Both the position numbers and the translations under genes were made by a program. The notes beneath the pieces are model-generated. The model had not been told where the DNA came from, did no database searches, and worked only from the letters and a program-made list of their open reading frames with translations. A DNA stretch of 42,571 nt from NCBI GenBank assembly GCA_003140295.1, contig PLJR01000171.1:1-42571 (forward strand). The letters run 5' to 3'. Shown one piece after another: positions 36,771-42,571 of this stretch. Numbering within the stretch: the stretch's first letter is position 1; each line of letters starts with the position of its first letter. Source of the stretch: Acidobacteriota bacterium (GTDB taxonomy: Bacteria > Acidobacteriota > Terriglobia > Acidiferrales > UBA7541).

Positions 36771-37253
36771 GTGAAGCCACTTATCGCAATGCTCTCAATT
36801 CTGTTCACGGTCAGCGTTGCCGCGCAATCACCTCCGCCGGGACCACTCTCAGTGGAAATACTGTCTGCCGAAATGACGAACTGGACGACGTACTGGAATG
36901 ACTCGGGTTCGGCCGGAACGACTTCCACCAACTGCTCCGAAAGCGAGAGCGAAGTCAACTGCACGAGCAGCACCACTGGGCGAAGGTCCGCATCCAGCAC
37001 GCCGATAAAACACACCCGGGTGGACATCGTTGTAAGAATGCCCGATGGGAACGAAGTAACGATGCAGTGTCACTTTCCTCCTATTTGGGCTGACTGTTTC
37101 AAGCCGGCACTCGGCATGTACCAGGCCGAAATCAACAAACACGATGTCCGACTACTTTTTGCGACTCAAGGGCGGCCCGACTACAACAAGAACGGCACGA
37201 TTAAGAAGCCGGGGAAGGTGCACGAGGTCTGGGTGAAATTCAGCTTCGTATAA
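36771..37253 (+). CDS. hypothetical secreted 160-aa protein
   Basis: Signal peptide MKPLIAMLSILFTVSVAAQ, a Ser/Thr-rich linker and four Cys. No family recognised. Confidence 0.5.
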   Translation: MKPLIAMLSILFTVSVAAQSPPPGPLSVEILSAEMTNWTTYWNDSGSAGTTSTNCSESESEVNCTSSTTGRRSASSTPIKHTRVDIVVRMPDGNEVTMQCHFPPIWADCFKPALGMYQAEINKHDVRLLFATQGRPDYNKNGTIKKPGKVHEVWVKFSFV

Positions 37254-37260
37254 GGATCTC

Positions 37261-37395
37261 GTGGAGTTGGGCTCGAAAGACAAGTTTGCCGAGGCCAAGC
37301 GTCAGACCGCGCAAACATCTGAGAAATGTCGAGCAGCTCACGTAGCGCTAGAGATGCACCACGCAGAACACAAGTGCTGTTCAGACGAAAAATAA
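37261..37395 (+). CDS. 44-aa ORF, short member of the H-x-C small-protein family (below the ORF-track cutoff)
   Basis: Own translation: VELGSKDKFAEAKRQTAQTSEKCRAAHVALEMHHAEHKCCSDEK. It aligns with SKFKVAQQHAQQLHAKCREALSALEEHRLQHGC of ORF 40202..40417. Confidence 0.4.
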   Translation: MELGSKDKFAEAKRQTAQTSEKCRAAHVALEMHHAEHKCCSDEK

Positions 37396-37752
37396 ATTAG
37401 CCAGGCTAGGCTTAACGTTCGGTGTAACTTCAAGCCCGAGTCGCAAGCCAGTGTGAATTGGGAATCATTTCCAACCGTAAAATATTGTGTAACACTCAGT
37501 GCACCGATAAAGCCGCAGCCGGAGAAAAGCGACAAAATGCCGGCCCAAGAATCCACCACTACGTTGTGCACCAATAACATGAACGCCGGCACACTTATAT
37601 TTGTGGACCATAGCAAGTGTCTCTTTTTTCAATTTCAACCCTGATCTGGGCACGGTGGGTACCTCCGTTAATCACATTCAGTGGATCAATCGTGAAGCTA
37701 TGTTTTCAGACGAAAAACATCCAAATCGAACGTCGCAGTGCAGAGGTTCAGT

Positions 37753-38190
37753 TTACAAAGTGAGGCCGAAGTGTGGGGGCAGGTGGTTTAGCGATGAGGT
37801 TGGTTCCTCCAAGTATTCCCAGCTCGGAGCATGAATCAAGAGTTCCAAGGCGAAGTGAACTTGTGAAATAAAATACTTCCGCGACAGAGACGAACATCCT
37901 TCGGGAATCATTTCGTAATACGGCTTAGTCTCTAGCCATAGAATTGCAGCCCGGCGTTCCGCTTCACTGATGGATTTAAAGTGCCTCCTCAATTCCCGAG
38001 AAACGTCGACCAGCGATAAACCGACCACACTTGCAAAAATACTCTGGTGGGCATCTCGCAATGTCACGTTTAGCTCGGCGGGCGAGCACACCGTCGCCCA
38101 TCCCTCGTGAACATAGCACCCCGTATAAGGGTCCCGAAGCGAGGCTAAAAACGCCAGTTGAGCGAAGGGGCTCGGCAGCGAGTCGAACAC
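37753..38190 (-). CDS. hypothetical protein, possibly 5'-truncated
   Basis: GTG start at 38190. The frame stays open and protein-like upstream to 38271 (REETRIIHFGTGNRTLQEHAISRYLSR) with no ATG, GTG or TTG. Confidence 0.4.
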   Translation of the reverse strand: MFDSLPSPFAQLAFLASLRDPYTGCYVHEGWATVCSPAELNVTLRDAHQSIFASVVGLSLVDVSRELRRHFKSISEAERRAAILWLETKPYYEMIPEGCSSLSRKYFISQVHFALELLIHAPSWEYLEEPTSSLNHLPPHFGLTL

Positions 38191-38391
38191 TCGGCTCAGG
38201 TACCGCGAAATGGCGTGTTCTTGAAGCGTACGGTTCCCCGTGCCAAAGTGAATAATTCTAGTTTCTTCGCGCTATAGTCTATCGCCTGCGTCGCCGTTCT
38301 TAAATCTAAGCCGAGGTACACAACATGACCCCTTCCCTCATTCCGACCCGTGGTGTGTACTCGTAGATTAAGCGATTTTGTGAGGAGAGTG

Positions 38392-38446
38392 TCACTAGTA
38401 CATTAGGAAAGTATCACTAGTACACCAGTACGGTACGGCCGTACCG
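38392..38446. promoter_or_regulatory. direct repeats TCACTAGTACA x2 (22-bp period) followed by the 16-bp perfect palindrome CGGTACGGCCGTACCG
   Basis: 38392-38402 and 38414-38424; palindrome at 38431-38446. They lie in the divergent gap between 37753..38190(-) and 38588..39160(+). Confidence 0.45.
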
Positions 38447-38587
38447 CATCGCTGAAAGTAATTTGGCAACTACAATGGCTGCCGTAATGGTAGCTATATA
38501 TCGCACTCTCGAATTCACCGGAGTTGTGCTCTACAGGTGAAGGAGAATTGGAATCAGGCTAATCCGGCGGTCCGGGAATTTTGAACC

Positions 38588-39160
38588 ATGATTGAACTCA
38601 TACTATTTACGACCATCGGTGTAGGCCTACTCACCGGTTTTTTGGCGCTCAGTTTTCAGGGTTCTCCGCGTAAGGTGGCTAGGTCTTCCGTGATGACGGC
38701 GGTTGGCGAGATGGTCCGGCTGGAAGGACTGGCCTTTACAAACGCGGCCGGGTTGCTGGATGACGCTGAGTACCGGCTGCTTTGTTCCAATATATATCTA
38801 CAGGAAGTGGCCAAGCGTTATCGTAAAGAGCGTCAGGAACTGGCCATCACGTGGATTTCGATGTTGCAAACGGATTTGCGAACACTGCTGAGGTTCCATC
38901 GCTTTCTGATCAGCCGTGGGGCTTCGTCGAAATTTCAAGAGGAGTTGGAGATCCTGGGAACTTACGTTGCGTCCGTTGTTCTGTTGAGCTTGCTGAAGAC
39001 CTCGATTTACGCGGTAGGTCCTTTCGCACTGTGCCGAACTAGCCGGTGCGCCAGAGGACTGGTTGCCAGAATGTCTCACACCACTGCGCAGACGCTCGGC
39101 CGGATACCAACAGTAGGATGGCCCGAACTCGAGCGCAGTTGGGGGAGTGGTCTGGCTTAG
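38588..39160 (+). CDS. hypothetical 190-aa membrane-anchored protein
   Basis: N-terminal TM MIELILFTTIGVGLLTGFLALSF and a second hydrophobic stretch, YVASVVLLSLL. No SD and no family recognised. Confidence 0.45.
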   Translation: MIELILFTTIGVGLLTGFLALSFQGSPRKVARSSVMTAVGEMVRLEGLAFTNAAGLLDDAEYRLLCSNIYLQEVAKRYRKERQELAITWISMLQTDLRTLLRFHRFLISRGASSKFQEELEILGTYVASVVLLSLLKTSIYAVGPFALCRTSRCARGLVARMSHTTAQTLGRIPTVGWPELERSWGSGLA

Positions 39161-39242
39161 GCGTTAAAAGCGAGAAGGTCGACTGATTGCATCACTTTCA
39201 GTCGCTGCACTCGCCGCGTTCCATGATCGTATCGAAGCCTGA

Positions 39243-39566
39243 ATTCCAGTCGGCGGCACGTGGGCACTACGAACCAATGCACGAAGCCCGCTCATTTCGC
39301 TGTATATTCGCTATGCCGCACATCTGTACCTTACCCACGCGAAGGGAAATCCGGAGAGTAGGCTCCCCATCCCAACGAGGACGACAATATTCGAGGTGGT
39401 GACTGGCGGCCGGCTTTACAGGGTCACAGGCGGGGCCTTCCAAAAGTGGATCGAGCAGCGTCGCGAGGCCCTGGAAAGGACCGCGGGGGGCTTTTGTTCA
39501 GAAAGCGGCCGAAGCTGGAGTAAACGGCTGTTCCTAAATCCCCAAGTTTTAGCCGTCCGTAACTGA
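39243..39566 (+). pseudogene. possible remnant of an excisionase/AlpA-type HTH gene
   Basis: Own translation of the open frame: ...PIPTRTTIFEVVTGGRLYRVTGGAFQKWIEQRREALER... There is no canonical start before the GTG at 39396. Confidence 0.3.
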
Positions 39567-40201
39567 TTGAATCGTGAACAATGCCCAGACGTCAATTCCC
39601 TGTTCCGAAATCAGATGATTTTGTTGCCGCCCTGCCGCCCTTGCGTGGGAGGGTTGGGTGCTCACCACGAACGACTCAGATGAAAATCGGAGCCGCGGTC
39701 CCCGCAGTGGATGCTTCCCAACCCGTCGAGCAGTCTCACAGGACGCTACGGGCGACTCAATGGCTCGACTGCTCTATTTTTGCCGGTACCCGCTTCACAG
39801 TACCCGCCTCAGTGCCGCTTACGGCCGCCTGGAGCACGGCTGCAATATCACGATGTGAAAAACGCCGGCGACCATTTGAATGCCGCGCGTCTGCGCGGGG
39901 AGCTTCAGTAAGGTAACGTGATCGCCTTGATAGCGACAACAATGAGGGTGCCGAGACTTACTGCCAAGCAAACAGCGTCGAAGATTTTGGATTTCATGGG
40001 AGCGATTCTGGCTCTTAGGAGAGAGCGGGACCATAGCCCAAAGGATGGATTTTGGCGGTACCGAACGTACCAGGACTTTCGCTCCTGTTTTGGCAGAATC
40101 GGGTGATTGTTTAGGTAGACGTACGATGGTCCAGGGTGTACGGTGCAACCCCGTTCCTGCCTGAATAAAGAGAGTTTTGACCGACTCAGAGTGGGGTCCC
40201 C

Positions 40202-40417
40202 ATGGAATGTGCGACCGCCCAGTTGCTTCTTGTAAATTACTCCGTAGTCGCGATGGAGTACTTTGGTGCTGCCGACGATCTAGCCAATCTTGTGGGCTCG
40301 CATAGCAAATTTAAAGTCGCGCAGCAGCATGCCCAGCAACTACACGCGAAATGCCGCGAGGCGCTGTCGGCCCTGGAAGAACACCGCCTACAACACGGCT
40401 GCAATATGGCGATTTGA
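40202..40417 (+). CDS. 71-aa small protein, full-length member of the H-x-C family
   Basis: MECATAQLLLVNYSVVAMEYFGAADDLANLVGSHSKFKVAQQHAQQLHAKCREALSALEEHRLQHGCNMAI. Paralogous to 37261..37395 and to the 3' end of 39658..39858. Confidence 0.5.
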   Translation: MECATAQLLLVNYSVVAMEYFGAADDLANLVGSHSKFKVAQQHAQQLHAKCREALSALEEHRLQHGCNMAI

Positions 40418-40423
40418 ACCGTA

Positions 40424-40675
40424 TCACCGCCTGGGTTCGCGCCGCCTGCGATACTGGCGGAGTATTTGAGCTTCCTTCTGCACCACGCGGGGAATCCCGC
40501 ATGTCAACAGTGACAAGCTGATGTCCTGCAGCGTCAATCCCTTTTCGGCCTTGAGCTTGGCAAGAACACTGAGGACATGCTTGCGGCCTTCAGTCGCCCT
40601 GTTGAGTGAGTCGGGCTTGCGCCCGCCCGCCTTGGAATTTCGCCCGGTTCCGGCCATTCTAGAGTTTCTCCCCAT
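40424..40675 (-). CDS. hypothetical basic 83-aa protein
   Basis: Last gene of the leftward run that starts near attR. Arg/Lys-rich ends. No family recognised. Confidence 0.4.
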   Translation of the reverse strand: MGRNSRMAGTGRNSKAGGRKPDSLNRATEGRKHVLSVLAKLKAEKGLTLQDISLSLLTCGIPRVVQKEAQILRQYRRRREPRR

Positions 40676-40705
40676 TGCCGCGACGTGTCTTTGCGCTCAG
40701 CGCCC

Positions 40706-41215
40706 TTACCTCCATCGCCGTGGCGCGATGAACCGCACATTAACCCTCTGCTGTTCAGCCTGCATTCTGAGATGCGCGATATGAATGGCGGTGTAATCTG
40801 GAGGAGCAACGTTTGCGTTTGCCGCTCGTGTGGCTGGGGGCCTGGTAACACCCGCTACCAGACACGCCATTTGCGTAGCTGTGGGACGGCGCAGCGATCC
40901 GCGTTCCCTCTGCTTGCCGGTTTCCTCCCTGGCGCGTCTCAGATCCTCGATTGTGGCTGATCCCATTCGAGCACCATCATTTGGGTTTACCGAAAATATC
41001 CGACCGAGCTTCTGAATGTACGTGTGACTGACGCCGAGCCATCGGGCCAGCGCGCGGCCGGCGCATCTCGACTGTCCGCTCACTCCGCTTACGTACCACT
41101 GCCAGACGAGACACCGAATCAGACGGGTTTCCTGATAACTTCGCCAGGGTCGCGGCGCCCGCCAACAGGCCTTCGCTTTTGCGAGGTTTTGCATTGAAGA
41201 ATATGTAGAGGGCAT
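40706..41215 (-). CDS. HTH-containing hypothetical protein (169 aa)
   Basis: SGRALARWLGVSHTYIQKLGRIF is an HTH-like segment. Confidence 0.5.
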   Translation of the reverse strand: MPSTYSSMQNLAKAKACWRAPRPWRSYQETRLIRCLVWQWYVSGVSGQSRCAGRALARWLGVSHTYIQKLGRIFSVNPNDGARMGSATIEDLRRAREETGKQRERGSLRRPTATQMACLVAGVTRPPATRAANANVAPPDYTAIHIAHLRMQAEQQRVNVRFIAPRRWR

Positions 41216-41286
41216 GCGGCGCTATTTTAGCAGAGTTGCCAACTTTCCATGATCTGATCTAAAGCACTTAGCGGCGCGCGCGGGAG

Positions 41287-41769
41287 TTAGTGGCAAATTA
41301 ATCCCACAATCTTTTGCGCCTGCGGAAATCCATTGCGAGCAAGCGCCATTACAGTCCTCTGCTGCTGCTTCGAAAGGTTCCCAGCCTTCGCAGCCGCCTC
41401 AAGCCCCTTAAGAATCTTGGGAACCGACTCATTGAGCACGGAATCGATCATGGAGTGTAACGCAGCTCGATCATAAGCGACGGCTCGGGCCTCTTCCCAA
41501 GGGGTCAAGCAGCGATTCTCGGCCTCAGCACGGTTGCGAATGTCTTCCGCCTGTTGTTCGTATTCCTCCTTCTGCCACCTGTGTAGGCTTCGAAGGTAGA
41601 AGCTTAGGACTTGGTGCGAGGTACCCAACTCGACGGCCAGTGCGCGGAGCGAGATTCTCTGCGGCTCTGGCGTCTGCTTCCACGACACCAGCCTCGCACG
41701 GATGGCCGCGGCGCGGGATTCATCAGCAGGTCTGCCCCGTTTCACCGACCCTGGCGTTTTATTCGTCAC
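41287..41769 (-). CDS. HTH-containing hypothetical protein (160 aa)
   Basis: ISLRALAVELGTSHQVLSFYLRSL is an HTH-like segment. GTG start. Confidence 0.55.
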   Translation of the reverse strand: MTNKTPGSVKRGRPADESRAAAIRARLVSWKQTPEPQRISLRALAVELGTSHQVLSFYLRSLHRWQKEEYEQQAEDIRNRAEAENRCLTPWEEARAVAYDRAALHSMIDSVLNESVPKILKGLEAAAKAGNLSKQQQRTVMALARNGFPQAQKIVGLICH

Positions 41770-41920
41770 CGCAGACTACCCTCCAATTTTGCATTGAGTT
41801 CGCCTCTTCGGCATCAAGCAACAGTTTTAGGTAATTTTCGATATGCGCTTCCCCGTGATCGTTTGATTCTTTGATTTATTTCAAACGTACTGCTCCATAA
41901 AGATTCGCGCTAGCATCCTG

Positions 41921-42241
41921 CTAGGGCGATTTTCTTGCTCCCAAGCTACCCCCATAGCCAACCGCCAAAATTGCGTCTGTAAGTCCTTTGTTCAGTATGG
42001 GTGTTTTCGGGTTATTTGATCGGTCTGGGACACCGGGCCGCATGCGGCAGACTTCAGAGCAAAAACGCGCACGTTTTCGCTTCGCGTTGAGGGTTGTGCC
42101 GCAGGATTCGCACGCGCCCAGTTTCCGTTCCACGCCGTCTCGACAAAACCGGGAGCACCATTCGCCCGGCTCATCTCGCCTGGTGTAGCGAACCGGCCCA
42201 AGAACTTTTCCGCACCGGTCACACGCCTCTCTCGCGAACAC
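41921..42241 (-). CDS. double zinc-ribbon protein (106 aa)
   Basis: Two CxxCG...(W/F)CSxxCR units: CDRCGKVLGPVRYTRRDEPGEWCSRFCR and CESCGTTLNAKRKRARFCSEVCR. Confidence 0.55.
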   Translation of the reverse strand: MFAREACDRCGKVLGPVRYTRRDEPGEWCSRFCRDGVERKLGACESCGTTLNAKRKRARFCSEVCRMRPGVPDRSNNPKTPILNKGLTDAILAVGYGGSLGARKSP

Positions 42242-42465
42242 ACTATGCCGGCACAGGAGTTGGCGGCTTTGCGCTTCACCGAGCCGCAGGGATGGCCTCG
42301 ATTCGCGTGGCGGCGGATGCCCGTGATCGGTGTAGCGGCTTTTGTAGCGACCCTACGATCAGTCGCTTACATGCGGCTACATCCGCACACATGCTCAATG
42401 CCAGCCTAAGTCTTTGCGTTTGTGGGCAGTGGTTGAAAATGGAGAGGTTACTAACTCCGTTACTG

Positions 42466-42520
42466 CTGCCTGTCACGCAGGAGGTCGCGGGTTCGAGCCC
42501 CGTCGGCCCCGCCAGATTTT
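42466..42520 (+). repeat. attR-type direct repeat (copy of the tRNA-Asp 3' part; not a complete tRNA)
   Basis: Identical to 19643..19697. The sequence 5' of 42466 does not match the tRNA 5' half. Confidence 0.9.
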
Positions 42521-42552
42521 CAGTGAGTTAGCTGAGCGAGTATTCATCGCGT

Positions 42553-42571
42553 TCAGTTCGCTGTTGTTGAA
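42553..42571 (-). CDS. probable 3' end of a second Int1-like integrase gene (continues beyond the window)
   Basis: The reverse complement reads ...STTAN-stop, against ...SATVN-stop for Int1. The stop lies 38 nt after the CCA of the repeat, against 39 nt at the intact tRNA. Confidence 0.35.

Larger units (their letters stand above)
19692..42465. mobile_element. ~22.8-kb mosaic integrative element (genomic island / cryptic prophage- or satellite-like) in tRNA-Asp
   Basis: Flanked by the 55-bp direct repeat, with an integrase directly next to the intact tRNA. It holds four recombinases, a replication module, many HTH proteins and many ORFs of unknown function. Confidence 0.85.

Noticed and set aside
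37338-37644. Competing ORFs 37338..37616(-), 92 aa and hydrophobic, and 37453..37644(+), 63 aa.
   Set aside because: The sequence alone does not let me choose between them or a non-coding interpretation. The minus-strand ORF also overlaps the 44-codon H-x-C ORF. I left both unannotated.
39581-40148. ORFs 39581..39916(+), 39819..40148(-), 39918..40106(+) and 39757..39942(-).
   Set aside because: They overlap one another, have no SD or recognisable motifs, and have odd compositions. Only the 3' end of 39658..39858 is notable, for its similarity to the H-x-C family. The region is probably decayed or non-coding.

Overview
High-GC bacterial chromosome; the gene content looks Acidobacteria-like, but that is inference only. 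Bases 1-19.6 kb are ordinary core genome. They hold a split B12-dependent acyl-CoA mutase and a leucine-catabolism-type cluster (acyl-CoA carboxyltransferase, HMG-CoA lyase, enoyl-CoA hydratase, thioesterase). They also hold pilD, a histidine kinase / sigma54 response-regulator pair, a ubiE-aroB-M28 peptidase-tatC-tatA run, a Ctp protease, and tRNA-Ala, tRNA-Val and tRNA-Asp. From 19,692 to about 42,465 the window is one mosaic integrative element of about 22.8 kb inserted in the 3' end of tRNA-Asp. It is bounded by a 55-bp perfect direct repeat of the tRNA 3' part (19643-19697 and 42466-42520). The element has three parts. (A) A leftward, tightly packed module: wHTH, 84 aa, replication-initiator-like, DnaB-like helicase, 182 aa, a 980-aa signal-peptide beta-helix-like protein, a 477-aa Ala/Gly-rich protein, Xis and Int, preceded by a MucR/Ros-zinc-finger fusion protein. 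(B) A rightward module behind a palindromic divergent promoter: HTH, 121 aa, a 360-aa protein with a RecA-C-terminal-like tail, two paralogous tyrosine recombinases and a translationally coupled serine recombinase. (C) A visibly lower-GC, gene-poor cargo region with decayed ORFs, three copies of a tiny protein family ending in H-x-C, and an HTH/zinc-ribbon operon next to attR. I recognise no capsid, terminase, portal, conjugation, CRISPR, rRNA or IS transposase genes. The last 40 bp of the window look like the start of a second, related element inserted in tandem. The best candidate for something undescribed is module A, a self-replicating integrative element with uncharacterised secreted or structural-looking cargo, together with the recombinase cluster. 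All functional calls come from motif recognition by eye; no database search was run.
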